A DNA stretch of 59,476 bases, the filler included, from Sphacelaria rigidula (Eukaryota), in the NCBI GenBank assembly GCA_964200075.2. It is 9 parts of 9 records of this genome, joined end to end, with 100 filler letters (N's around TTAATTAATTAA, not from the genome) between each part and the next. Parts side by side here need not be neighbours in the genome. Positions count along the whole stretch, not along the records: positions 6,622 to 13,141 come from CAXNAA020019579.1; positions 13,242 to 19,761 come from CAXNAA020019580.1; positions 19,862 to 26,381 come from CAXNAA020019581.1; 6 more parts are not named here. One strand, 5' to 3'. The translations under genes were made by a program, and so were the position numbers. Within the stretch, counting starts at the first letter, position 1; every line of letters begins with the position of its first letter. Shown one piece after another: positions 11,196 through 24,176 of this stretch. The notes below the pieces were generated by a model that saw nothing but the letters and a program-made list of their open reading frames with translations, was not told the origin of the DNA and did no database searches.

Positions 11196-12276
11196 GCTGC
11201 GTTTGTTCCGTTTTTCTATGGATATCGCCAATGATGAGATGGCACGAAATCTTTGTAACTCGTTGAACCTTTGAGTCTCCCGTGGGTCATCTAGGTCTCG
11301 AAGTCATCTTTCGAGTAAAAATTATGCCAACGTGTAACAGATGACTCGCCCTGAAGGTGGTTGTATATAGATGGACGAAACCGAACAAGGTACAGTACAG
11401 TACAGGACAGTGTCATACGATGCAGAACAGTACAGCTCAGTCGGGTGCTGTCTTCTCTCTCTCCCCCGCCGCGTTCCTTCCTATTGCTCCCATTATCTAC
11501 GGGTATCACCATGGATCAGATTACAAGAAACCTTTGGAGAGCGTGAACTCGTCCTGCCCCCAGCTCTGAAAGTGAAACCTCGGGCCTCCACGGTCGGTCA
11601 TCTGGGTCACGTTCATGTTTCAAGTCAAATCATGCCAATTTCAAATATGCGACCACAAAACTGGAGCTTCACGACAGCGCAGGGATGATGTACAGACGGC
11701 AGGCCGCATGTGATGGTAAAGGTAGACTTTGCATAACCAAAAAACAGAAGAGCACAAGACAGTCACCATGGTGTTGTCTGTTCCCGTACACACCACGCTC
11801 TCGAGCGTGGGTCCCCAGAGCGGCTGGGTATGTAAGCAGCAACGCTCATCTATTACTAATTTGTCGGAGTGCATGATACCTTGGCGCACTTTGTCACGGA
11901 AACAAAGTTACCCCGATTCAGACCTCTTCTCCCATTTTGCCCCACCCCCGTCCCGTCTGCGTGCTTTTATTTCATTCGCTCTTGTTGGGGACGGTTGCTT
12001 GTTCAGGAGACTCCATTGATAGGCCGGCTGGATCACAGATGTCCTCGTCCGCTACGAGTGCAATTCGAGCGCAGTTTCTTGCGTTATGTGCTTCAAATCA
12101 CGATGCATACTCGGTCGAACTCGCTTTCCGGGAACGCTAGAAGAGATACGAAAAAAGGAGTTTGACCAGGCATACGCGTCAGGGGTGTGGATGTGTATGT
12201 GACGCCTGAAAAGTAAGGACTTCGTTTGAACGTACGATTTGCACGTTTCTAGGGACGTAGTTTTTCATCAAGCGTA

Positions 12277-12960
12277 CGAGCTGGGCCAGCCTAGACACGG
12301 ATTTAAGCTCTCACAGCAATATCTCCTCAACACGGACGAGTTGGGCCATGATCCGCATATTGTATTAATTGTCTAACCAAGGGGAAGGTGCCCATCTGCT
12401 CAAAACTTTGGGTCCATATTTTCTCGTTGATTAAACCCCTTGTCTAGTAATTCCTGTACCAAACGGAGATGGCGTCCATACTAAAATATCTGTGGAACCC
12501 CCGATCGATGCATTCAGCGGATGACGACGAATTTTGGTGTGGACATTCCCCAGAGCACGGGGAGACGATAGATACCCTCAACTTCACCTCATTCCTCATA
12601 TATCTCGAGATATGGCGCACATAACGACCATTCTACTGAAATCAATATATCACGAGCAGATGCAATAGATGAACTAAACCTGGATATCGAGTCTCAGTTT
12701 TTGTGAGTTATGCTATGAAATTCCGTATGGAGAACCGCTAGTGCATAATAAAGCTTGGAACCACAGCTTCGTCAACTTGTTCGTTTTTTTTCATTTTTTG
12801 TCGAGTCTTTGGGGCAGTTTTGAGGAGAAATGAACACTGCCATTGGGCCATATCTCAATTTTTTAGCTCAATTTTCAGAATTGTGATTTGAAACTCAGGA
12901 TAAAGAACCACAGAGGTATGGTGAATAAAAAAAAATGGGTCCTCAGATTTGTTTTTGGAG
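12277..12960 (-). mobile_element. Tc1/mariner-like non-autonomous element, inverted copy; far end not seen
   Basis: TA|CGAGCTGGGCCAGCCTAG terminus; 12380-12850 is reverse-complement homologous to 3900-4380 and to 57100-58600 without its insertions. Confidence 0.7.
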
Positions 12961-13141
12961 AGGTTCGGGCGTTTTCGTAAGAAAAAGGCGGTTTCCACAC
13001 TCAAACGCCCTAGACCAGTGAAAAAAAAAAAGGCAATGGCCTAGAAAAGATATACCTTCTCGTTTTTTGCCTAAGGAAGGTACGGAAAATGGCCAGAAAC
13101 GCGAAAACTGCCAAACACGCCATTTTGGTCGTTGTCGCTCC

Positions 13142-13241
13142 NNNNNNNNNNNNNNNNNNNNNNNNNNNNNNNNNNNNNNNNNNNNTTAATTAATTAANNN
13201 NNNNNNNNNNNNNNNNNNNNNNNNNNNNNNNNNNNNNNNNN
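13142..13241. other. Artificial contig-joining spacer
   Basis: N44-TTAATTAATTAA-N44. Confidence 0.99.
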
Positions 13242-15529
13242 GGGGGAAGCACTTTTTAGGCTTGAGCCTCATCTCGAAGTTAAACCTCAATTCGCACAAT
13301 TTGTTGTTATCTGGTGAAGTAGTATTAATAGTGTACCGCACATCCTGTGAAACCGAGTACGCCCCGCATGGTAGAGTCACTGTTACCGATTGGTTGAGAC
13401 TTGGCTCAAAAGCAAGAACTGGCGAATGGTTCGGCAGTATATGGGCGCAATGCAATGGCCACGATATCCTTACGATCACATGACAAGCGGCTTGTCGTGC
13501 CACTTTGGCTTTTCATATCAACTTTACCGCTTAGCGAGCTGTATGATGATCGTACCATCAAGGTAGTGTTACCGAATTCCATCGACAGAAGAGGCCTGCG
13601 CTCAGTATTGCAAGATAAGATAGATGCGATCGCGACCAAAACCTCCTTTATCCGCACCGAATGGCCAAATCCCACCATGGAGCTAGGGATGCTACACAAG
13701 GGGGAGATAGCGCGGGGCCTGAATGGGGAGTTTTTACAGGTGGTGACGGCACGGAACACTGCATATCATGATGTCTCACGGTCCAACTCGCACAATCCCT
13801 GACGAACCGGAGGACTCGATGTTGGTTAAGCCTCCGGCGTGGGTACACAAGGCAGCAACGACTACCCGGCCACTCACACCCAACACCGTGTCAAGTATGA
13901 AACACCGGGATATTCAAACCTTACAGTAGCCACCCTGACCCGACTGGTCACTCAATACAGAGCCCACTGTATTGAGTCTAGGCTACTCTAATAGCGACAA
14001 CTAGTAGTCAGTTTCTCGTGCAGCACCAACCACAAGAGAGAAGGTCTTAGCAAGTACACAACGCCGACTGTGACTTACAACAAAGCACAAGAAATATGTG
14101 AATAGGTATGTACCATGTATTAATTGGACATTGCTCACGCAAGCCTATGACATCAAACACCATACTGCTGTGACATACTTGTACCCATTACACTATAGAC
14201 TCAGCTGACTCCACCTCGGACATGTGGAGAAAAACCAGAAGCTCAGGAGGCTCGATGAGAGAATGAGTTGATGACTGACCTCGATGAGGGCAAAGCGCAA
14301 AGCATGCAGTACACCAACACTTACGGTCATGGTCATGATCCACTTGCCCGTTACCGGCTACTGTCACCTAAAGATTCGAATATCTTCAGTGCAAGTACGT
14401 GGGCATTATATCCGGAATTATTTCTCCGGGTCTTGGAAATGTTCACCGATTTGGGAGTCAACCATCGAACACCCGACAGAACACTTTCTGTCACAGACAT
14501 CTGACACTTACTGTCGCTATTCGTTGGCTCAGGCACAGAGTAGATTGTTCATGCCGTTTATTGGAGAGCACCCAAGCAATGCTATAACTCGGGGGACAAT
14601 AGTTGGAGAGAAGAAGTTGAGTGATAAAGTTAAGAAGCGTCCCGGTGATCTGACTGCTGTACTGTCCCACAATCGGATATGCTTGACTGCCAGGGCTCGT
14701 ACGTCACTATGATACCCTTGTTCTACGGAGATCTTACTCATTGCATGTAAACACAGGGATAGTCACCTACGTGACTTGTAGCCCTGCTGGAACAAGGAAA
14801 TACGATGCCCTACTCATCCCCTGAAGCACTTCCCATCCCGGTAGCTCCTGCTGATCCCAACCACCCCATTAGACATGTTGACCACCGCTCTGCAGCATCT
14901 TTTATCGCAGCGTTCACCAATCACCGCGCTACTACACCCGACGTTCGTGAAACAAGGGCCTACATCTAACCGGCCAGTGCACCATGAACCAGCGCCGGGA
15001 TGCGCTGTCACGAACTCCGCCGTGGGTGCGCACGCCACATCTACACCAACGGGTGCAACCGTAGCCGCACCGGTGGCCGGGCCAGCTTTATGAGCCGATC
15101 CGTCCATGTCTCTACCTACGGCCGGACGGGAGGCGGTGATCAAGCTCTTGCGCGAACGCAACATCTGCTTCGGCCACGCGTTTACAGGCTCATGCAGTCA
15201 CGACGGCAACACCCATTCTCCATGAAGATACGAGATCAGCCCCACGACCCACTACAGTAGCGCCGGCTTGGCGCAAAGCCGCAATCGCACAGTGGCGGCT
15301 TGCAGCACTTGCGGGAGCTCAAAGTTTAGCGGCACTAAACACGGGCTGATCGGAGAGGACAACAACGACAAGACAGCCGGCGAGTTGACCGCATCGTCAG
15401 TAATGACTGCCGACATTGCCGACACGCCACCCGGCGTATAAAGGCGCGTCCCACGTACAACCGACCTGGTGAACCTGCGATAGTCACCTCCGGCAACAAC
15501 CGAACGGCATCACGTAAGCAACCGTATTT

Positions 15530-18500
15530 GGGTGATGGGTGAGATCCGACATTGGCGACGTCATCATCAACCGTGGGCGATAGAGTTACTACTAGACATC
15601 GCAGAAGGTGACACTACTAGCTATATGTCTGACATGCTACGATATAGCCTCAAAACTGCAAGCACGTTAGACGTTACTCTCAACCCAAGCGCTACGGGCG
15701 CTCTCTGTGCAGTAAACGCATCTCAAAGCATTGTACCCCCAATGCAAATAGTAGGATCAGTAGCGATGCCTGCCCTTTTGAACTCTAATGCACTTGTCCG
15801 TAACAGTCCTTAGAGTGGTAGAGGACCTGCCGTATGGCTTCATTCTTGACGCAGGGGGCTTTCCGATGAAAACAGGTAGCTTAGACTTCGGCCTACGCAA
15901 GGGGTTCCGCTCAACATCATTGGCCCCTTGGATCCCGTTTCTGAGAAACGACAGCCCCCTTCACTCAAGCGAGACATTCTAGTTGCACTGACCACGGTGT
16001 TCGAGTCCTTTATCCGCCCAGGCGTGTCCTCACCCCTAACCACATAGCACCCTCTCCCAGGTATAACGATATTGCTTGGGAGGATGACAGCATCATGGAG
16101 TGGGAACTTCGCTTGATTTACCCAGCAGTCACCATCAGTGATTTCGTCAGCAAAGCCGTAGAAACGGCTGCCATCGGACTACCGCCGCAAGACAGATACC
16201 GAGTGCACTTCCCGAGGTCAGTTTGATTTAGACGGGGAAACAGTAGTAGGAAGACTACAGGTGTGTCGAGGTGGCTTTTAAGGACGGCAGTGCACTGTAT
16301 ATTATTGTGAAGGGGAATAGTGCTGGTGGAAGTAGAGACAAACGGTTCGATCGCTGGTACGATAGCTCTGAATGTGGGCGGTCCCGCTCGTTTTCAATGG
16401 CTTTCGTCCCAAGTCCATCCACGGTGGACCCACCATAGTGTCTCAACCCCCACCCCTGGCGCACGCCCCGATAGCGTCTGCATAACCCCACCACTACCCA
16501 AGGTTCGCAGTCCTGATGCAAATCGAGAAAGGCTAGGAGCGGCAAAGACACAGGAGCTCGTCGATGTTCTACCGGGATTCATGAGTTATGCTACGGTAGG
16601 GGTTGCACATTTGAGCCCAGATCTTTCACATCCAAGGGCTCCTGAAGTTAGGAGCTACACAAGAATTTGGGTCAGGATATTCCCGCTTTTGAATTAAATA
16701 GATCTATCTCTAGCGCATTGGAATGCTGGTTGTGCCATGGTCTCACATAACTCATGCCTCGTTATCTGGATAAGATAGGGGGCTCCTAACAATTCTAAAC
16801 TCAGAATGTAATCGTGCACCCCTACCATAGCACCACTCTCACCAACATCGGACTGTTTCTTACGGATCCCGATCGGGTTCAAGGCTGCATCCACGGGGGG
16901 CTCTCAGATTCATGGAGTACGACATGAACCTCCAGTGGCGAGAGGGAGCCCAGCATGTCTTGCCGAACGTCCTGTCCCGTCTCCCGCACGCGAGTGAACC
17001 ACAAGCCGATATCGATGACTCACACCCAGACGGTAGCACTGTCGGACCTCTTTCGTCCTCGGGGGCAGCAACTAGATGGAAGGTGGCCTTCATAATTGTC
17101 GGCAGACGGTACAGATAAAGCCTCAGACACCAGCAGAACAACGACGCCGCCACCTATCTCCGACATGCTAGCCATCCTCGCCACCTCAAAGTCACTCCCA
17201 TTCGCAGACTGTGCACAGATCTACGACGATCAGCCCATATACTGCTCGATTTGAACCTGCAGACCGCCTGCACGGCTGAACCACTCAATGTTGCGCGTTT
17301 TGATACCTCTCCTCTCGCTCGGCAAATATCGGACCCGCGACTGTCCCTAATACCATCGTCAATTGAGATTCCGTTGCAGCCACCATCACATGTCATTCCG
17401 CCGGTTGTGAGCGAGTGCGCGGAGGTGGGCGAGGTGCCATGCCCAGGGAGAAAATCCCAAGTTTATCTTCAAATCTCCGCCTGACAGACACAGCGGTGAT
17501 CGATCGCGCCTTGCAGATACTCACCGACGCAGCCAACCTGAAGAGCTACCAACAGGACGACCCCTTTTTGGACCAGGTGTAAACGGATCTGGGGGGGGGA
17601 ACGGCGCAGCAAAAGTCAAGGAAACGAGATCAAACGAAAATATAGAGAGGCAAATACGAATGCGATTCACAGGAGTGGAGGGCGAGCAGTTGGTAACTAG
17701 TCTAAGAACGGTACTACCCTACATGTCGGCGTCTGTTCACACTTTCCACGGGCATGTAGGAGTATAGGCGCCACGTTGGCCTCGATGCGCTGCCGTTTCT
17801 ACTGGCCAACGATGTTGAAAGACACCAGGAAAATACGCGCTGCCATGCAACTGGAGGGACGCAAGAGGACTTGGTGTCGTCGAACAGCTATGATTCCGGG
17901 GCGTTCGGTAGACTTATGGAAAGAGCCAGAAACCGACATGCTGTCATCTGATACGACGTCATAACGCAAAGCTAGTACATATTTCCGGTAGTGAACCGCG
18001 CTTTCAAGTTTCCGGTCGATTTTCTCCTGCCAACAGAACAAACCGAAGCTATACCTCGCATCCTTGTGGATCTGTGCCACCCATCGGCGTTCCCCGAAAG
18101 ATCTGTGGTGATAGAGGCGAGGAGTGTAGGACTGCGGTCATCACTCATATATGCTAGAGGGTGAAGGTCGACATTGCTCTTGAGCCATCAGACTACCTAC
18201 GAGGCCGAGGTGCTGTCGAGAGAGTGGGCGGGTGTTTGCTTGATATGCTGGCAGAAATATGCAGGCCATGACCCAGATATGAGATGAGTATGTCTCACGC
18301 GCCCTCAATGGCAAATGCACATTGACCGCACGTCGATGTCTCTCACATGTCATCCTCCGAGCCCTATTCGCAAACCGCGTACATCGCTAGATGTACAAGT
18401 ACCCCTTCGAGATGACACATAATCGAGCAGGAGATTGAACGCCTTCGTCGAACAGCGCAAGCAAAACCTCCGAAAGGTGAGGCTGGCGCTGGGAAAAAGG

Positions 18501-18760
18501 AAAACTGTGAAACACGTCGTTCGGGCGAACGGTAGCGCTACTATCTCGCGGGCGTCAGCAGGTGTGTCAATCAAGGAAAGGAATCTGGTGATGGCAGAGG
18601 AGAGCGTGAGTTCAACGTTTCGTGATGGTAGAGGTCACAAGCTGCAACGCGAAAAGTATACGAGACTCTGGAGGATGAGAAAGATGTCGATGGCTAGACG
18701 TAGTGTAGAGGTGGTGATACAGGGACGAAAACCGCGTACTCGCGAGGCAGGTCCGTTACA
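15530..18760 (+). mobile_element. Degenerate Ty3/Gypsy pol remnant: protease, RNase H C-terminus and integrase; RT deleted
   Basis: Protease-like ..VVEDLPYGFILD; RNase H end ALRFMEYDMNLQWREGAQHVLPNVLSRLP; integrase zinc-binding FHGHVG...MRCRFYWPTMLKD; C-terminal HKLQREKYTRLW. Many stops and frameshifts. 13400-15500 may be decayed gag. Confidence 0.8.
16582..16838. mobile_element. PIF/Harbinger-like MITE inserted in Gypsy pol
   Basis: TCA|TGAGTTATGCTACGGTAGGGGTTGCAC ... GTGCACCCCTACCATAGCACCACTC|TCA. Removing it restores the frame LVDVLPGF-TNIGLFLTDP. Confidence 0.8.
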
Positions 18761-18763
18761 TCA

Positions 18764-19661
18764 TTGGCAGTACTCACGGTGGCCCTAGCAAACTTCTGCG
18801 ATGACCCTGACATCTCGGGGGGCCTGGTGCGAGTCCGAATGAGTGAAAACGGGAAATTTCCAACAGGAGTGCGCGGTAGCATGGGTCGAGCCAGACGTGG
18901 CCACAGCAATCGCGGCGGAAGAGGAACGGTCCTTATGGAGTATACTGTACGCCGATGACGCCTGCATCGTCTCCCGGACACCATCGAGTCTCGAGAAGAT
19001 GATGACGTGTTGACCGTGTCGGAAGCAAAGACGAAGACCATGCGACTGCACTCACAGGCGGGGCACCTCGACATCAACGCGGAAGGTCAGGTATACGAAC
19101 AAACAGACAACTGTGTATACCAGGTCAATTATGGAGAGCGGCAACCTCTCGGTGGAAATCAAAAGGCGCATACAAGGGGCATGGTCGAACTACCACCAGT
19201 ACAAAGTCAAACCGTACAATCGACCGAACGCGGCCGTCTACCTCAAGGTCCGCACGATCAAAGCCGGAGCTGTCGACGCGCTCCTGTACGGGTGCGTCAC
19301 ATGAACCTCTCTCAACGACCACTACAATCTACTGCGCACGGCCCACCATGCGTTGATTAGGCGCTGTCTTGGATGGCACAAGCGCAATCGCACAGACCAC
19401 GCTCTGTCATACCAAGAGACCCTCGTGAGGACAGGGTGCGAAAGCATGGAAACGACGGTGAGGAAGAGGAGACTCCATTTCGTCGATTTCGTCACGCGCA
19501 TGCCACCCGGTTGGATACGGAAACACGCCATGTTCGGTGAAATTATAACCGTGAAGGGACAAGAAAGAGCGTTTACCGGCAGGCACAAGGACTGGATGTG
19601 CTGCCTAGCGGAAGACACGAAGACGTTCGGTATCGAATGGCAGGGGTGGACTACCAGAGCC
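18764..19661 (+). mobile_element. 5'-truncated RTE-type LINE reverse transcriptase remnant
   Basis: ILYADDACIVSR; LTVSEAKT; LSVEIKRRI..AW; LKVR.IKA..VDALLYGCVT; LRTAHH..IRRCLGW..RNRTDH.LSY..TLVRTGCESMETTVRKRRL; frameshifted. Confidence 0.9.
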
Positions 19662-19761
19662 GACACTTTCCACGATAATCTCCCCCCCCCAAAAGTGCAT
19701 GGTTTTGGGAGGCAAAACCTTCACGTAAACCGAAATGGGAAACGCCGAGCACAACGAGAAG
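19662..19761 (+). mobile_element. GACACTTTCTACGATAG-family MITE, cut by the contig end
   Basis: Matches the first 100 bp of 54915-55161. Confidence 0.85.
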
Positions 19762-19861
19762 NNNNNNNNNNNNNNNNNNNNNNNNNNNNNNNNNNNNNNN
19801 NNNNNTTAATTAATTAANNNNNNNNNNNNNNNNNNNNNNNNNNNNNNNNNNNNNNNNNNNN
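19762..19861. other. Artificial contig-joining spacer
   Basis: N44-TTAATTAATTAA-N44. Confidence 0.99.
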
Positions 19862-19931
19862 AGATTTTAATCCTCCGGGTTCTCATCCTCAATCAAAAGC
19901 ACCATCCTCAACATAGATGATTGGCTGTTTA

Positions 19932-20290
19932 CCGTGGAACCACTCGGAATAAAAAATACGTACGTACTTCATGTTCCATATGCCCGGGTTGTTACAGCCA
20001 ACATACGGACTTGCGAACATGCACATTGTACCCGGGCCAGGTTAGCAGGTAAGGAAGACTAAATACTGTTTTTTGTACTCTTCATTCGGATGCGCCGACA
20101 GTGCAATTCTTCGGAAAAAATATGCACCCCCGTGGAACCACTCGGAATAAAAAATGCGTACTTCATGTTGAACGTGTCCGGATCGCTACAGCCAACGTCG
20201 GGACTCGTTAACATGCATTATTCCCGGGCCACACAGGTCAACAGGCGAGGGAGCTGAATACATTTTTCTTGCATACTTGATCCGGATCTT
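19932..20290. repeat. Diverged tandem duplication, ~198-bp period
   Basis: CCGTGGAACCACTCGGAATAAAAA..CGTACTTCATGTT...TACAGCCAAC...CCCGGGCCA occurs at ~19932 and ~20130. Confidence 0.85.
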
Positions 20291-20666
20291 ACGGGTGCGG
20301 GAAAGGGTTTCTTGTGTTATACTAGCTTCGGATTCCACAGGGAGGGGGGTAGCTTTTGGTGTACACGAGATTCAAATTGCGCGGGTCGACGACAAGCTAC
20401 TGCACTTGCCTGACCCGAGTGATATAAATGACAACTATGGGATTTGGTACAAATGACAGGTCTGCAGATCAGTAGTACACGAAAGTGTTTGTGTGAAGCG
20501 GGTCGTACAGCTCGTCGCTCGGCAAATATGTACGGGCCAAGTGGGTCCTACGGATTAGCATCGGACAGGCGTGCACGGGTGACAGCTCACCTCAGACGGA
20601 TCATGATCTATACCCCAAATGAGCTGACCCGAACCTGTCACGAGCTGATCCGTCCGACGTGTGCAA

Positions 20667-20764
20667 CCCTCAGACGGCGAGAGTAGACCATCTGTTGAAT
20701 CGGCATCGACTTTACCAAAAGAAAGTATGTATGTTCCAGATGGACTACCCCCGCGGTCCAAGGG
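20667..20764 (+). mobile_element. ~100-bp piggyBac-like mini-MITE (degenerate)
   Basis: CCCTCAGACGGCGAG...CGCGGTCCAAGGG; interior homologous to 21918-22014 and, inverted, to 58475-58575. Confidence 0.6.
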
Positions 20765-21917
20765 CTGACAGTACCGTGTGCTCCTTGCGTGCGCAGAGCG
20801 CGTTTTCGTTAAAATCGGTGCCACAGGCACCGATTTGGGGTCCACCAAGGCCGCGCTCTGCCTAAAAAATGCCATGTACCGACCTCGCCCGAGGGTTCTC
20901 GGTATGCTTGGAGTTGGGGTAAGGGTAAGGCATCGACACAACATGTGGACTCACAACTTACAGCACGTCGGTCTCTTGTGATTCAGTGGGTTGTGGAACA
21001 CTGTTGTACTTTTGCGATCTCGAGGTTGGTGTCAGGGTCAAGCTTAGCTCTTCCGCCACCAACGGGCGTTTTTCGCATCATCGATGGTTGGTTCAAGCAA
21101 CGGATACACTACTACTGGTCGTTACCCAAAGAGAGCTAGAGACAGAACAGTAATAGCGGAGAGACTTGAGAACCATTTCCGGGGAGAAGGGGGCGTGGTC
21201 GTTGTGCCGTCCGTGAACGGCAAATAAGCGGGAAAAGAGCCGAAGGTGTGGGCGCCATGGTTGGAGTTGGCGAGTAGACTCCCTTGCCCGCGATGTGCCG
21301 CATCAGGTACAATTTTGAGAGCGATGGCCTAGCACAGGTACGTTCTCGGCCGATCGGTGGCCCAGAAAAGGTACGAGTGAAAAATTTCTGACGCTGACTA
21401 CTATACTGTTGCCTGTGAGAAACTTCCATCGCAGACATCCCACCGGCCCTCTTCCAATAATGAACAGAGTGCTGTGGAACGATCAAAACAGGTTATGAAC
21501 GAGCGAGAGCTAGCGCTACTCGTAATATGCTTGCGTTGTGTGTGCCATTGCGCGTTCGCTCCGACTCGCTTGTGTAGATGCAGAGTGTTTAGTCATGTGT
21601 TTCAGTCAGGCCCATCGAGATTTCCAAACCTGTTTCCGGGTGCGCCCAGTGCAGACAGATCGCCATTTTCGCAGAAAATCCGGGTTGGGTAGGACCCAGA
21701 TGAGGGTTGTGAGCAAGTAAGCTCCCTCGATCGTTTTTTTCTTTCGCTTCGTTTCCCGCCGAGGCTCAAAGGATGCTGCTCGACACGACCATGCCACAAC
21801 GGTCACACCGTGGTCACATGGTGCTTCATTCACAAGTGTAAGTAGGAGCAACCGCCTTTCTGGAGTGGTCACCAACATACACGAATGCAATAATCTCCCG
21901 TGATGATTCGCATTCAA

Positions 21918-22014
21918 CCCCTAAACCGCGAGGATAGTCTTCTGTGAATTGGCATCAATTGCAGGTGAAACAAAGTATGCATGATCCAGCAAGACTAATC
22001 TCGCGGTCTAACGG
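21918..22014 (+). mobile_element. ~100-bp piggyBac-like mini-MITE
   Basis: TCAA|CCCCTAAACCGCGAG ... CTCGCGGTCTAACGG|TTAA. Confidence 0.7.
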
Positions 22015-22444
22015 TTAAAGTCTTGTGGCATAAATCTTCACTTGAGAAAAGAATGCGTGGTCCAGATGAATTACCCGCACCCGGTCCGCTACGGCTTCGT
22101 TGCCAACAACTGGGCACAAGATCGGCGGCCACGCTACGAACCGCATTGCTGTTTCATCACGGCCTACATCGGCGGCAAAACGCAATACGACTTCGGTGGG
22201 AGAGAATAAACAAAAACAACTCGGGGTACCGTGAAAACGACTTTGAGCGGACGAAAGAAAAGTGGGAAGGCAAACGAAACAGCTCGCCAGGCGAGTGACT
22301 GAACTTCACAGGGGTTGCGAATCACTCCTTGTCTCGCGAAATCATCGGCTGCGTGGTACGTGCCAAATAAACGACATCTGCGCAACCGCAAGGTCGTAGT
22401 TGTCCAGTGAGTGGGATGGTGTACAGTACAGTACAGTACAGTGA

Positions 22445-23040
22445 GCGGGATGATATCCCCGACTCTCATCTGATAGCACGCTTGACAGGCACGGTGGACG
22501 TGTGGTGGTTTTGGACGCCAGGTTCGGGTGCATTGAGCGCACTGACTTCTGCTGTTACCACAGACAACGGTTAGGTTGTCCATGATGAGCAGCTACCCAG
22601 TCCCGTTCAACACTACGAAGTCGGTATTCTGGAAGAATATGCGTTCAAGCATAGCGCACCTTGTACCCGGTGGTGCTTTAGCTTCACGTATATGTAGGTT
22701 GATGCCGCAAGTAGGTATTGACGCGACAGTAGTGGCGGTTGAAGACGTTTTGTGCGCTGCGTGGCCGTAGTGGTGTGTAGGAGACGATTGTGATCCCTGC
22801 TCCACGCTTGCGCCTCTCACCCGGAACAATATTTTTAGTATCTTAGCATCTCATTTCCGCACATTAGTCCGATCTCGCGAACCCGTGGTCACAGACGTGG
22901 AAATCTAATGACACGTAAAGAGAGTGGAATATCAATCGGCGGGGAGGAAGTGGCAGATCTTGCCGGTGTAGTCGTTCAACGATCAACTCGACCTGCTCAT
23001 CGGTCGATGCTGGGAAAGTCACCACGATTGGGGTAGTCAT
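22445..23040 (-). pseudogene. Possible decayed pogo/Tigger-type (CENP-B HTH + DDE_1) transposase
   Basis: Minus-strand fragments in the expected order: FPASTDEQVELIVERLHRQDLP (HTH-like), LLIMDNL, PPHVHRACQACYQ..VGDIIP (compare LPPHTSHLLQPLDVG). Judged by eye only. Confidence 0.4.
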
Positions 23041-24176
23041 GCGGCACTGACTGCCCGCACGTGGTTTTGCCCCAGGGCACGCATGAACGTCGATGGTGTA
23101 CCCGGGAGCACACGTAATTTTTTCCGGGCGCCGGGAGTAAACACAGAAAACGACCACTGTTCAAACTCCCTGGTATCTGTGCAGTTGCCGCCCTCAATAT
23201 TCATACGCGGTCTCGTGCGCAAGACTTGGCCATGAAAACGAGATGAACAAAATTGCGTCTTCTGTGAAGTGGAGCTGTTCGGGAAGGGGGCAAGCTCTCT
23301 TACCTTCACTGCGCCTATAGGGTAACCTGTCCATTGATGTGCCGACTCATTATTTGATTGGGACCCACATTTTTAGCGCCATGGCGTGTATAACGCCTCG
23401 AAATTGTGAAGACACTGAACCTTCAGATTGCATTGATGAGGATAGTCGATCAGGACGTGTCGAAGAGGGAAGTGCGGCACGAAGGCGACACGGCGCATCA
23501 AGATGATGGCGCAGCTGTGTCAGCCACAGGACGGTTGGATAGCGATGTTGTCGTCTTGTCGGAGAGATTCATCACTACTAGCGCATCCACTACTGCTAGA
23601 CACTATCAGCACCGCACCGAACGATAGACTAAGCTACTGTACTGTATTGACAGCGCCCGATAACGCCTCGAAGCCTCCATGAACGGTTTGTGTGCCGTCA
23701 GCGGTGGATATTGCGCTGTTGAGTCAAGCGCGGTCGCCGTTTGCGGACAACCACAGAGAAAATTGACTCGTTTTCGAAATGAAGCTGGAAAAAATCTGGT
23801 AGCGACCTACCTGCCCGTTGAGCTGCATCACGCTACCGCACCGTCTGTACGGTAGGTGATGTCTACGGCTCGTCGTGATGCGGTGACTTCGCACTGAGAT
23901 TTCGAATTGCTCTTGTTTTGTCAACAGCGATCTACTACCGCTGATAATTCCGGCAACAGCAAATATCCAAGAAGAGGGCGGGTTGGAAACCTGAGCGGTG
24001 TTCCAAACGCCACGCAGCAGTCCGCGCAGATACAAGGGCAGAGTACAGCATCATGAAGCAGCAGGTAGTTGTTGGTGGCAACAGACCGTATGGTTGTGAC
24101 CAACAATGTACATTTTCATGAAGCAACGCGTTGAATATAGATCCGCCATCTTTCTCCTGCGTGATCATTTCACCAA

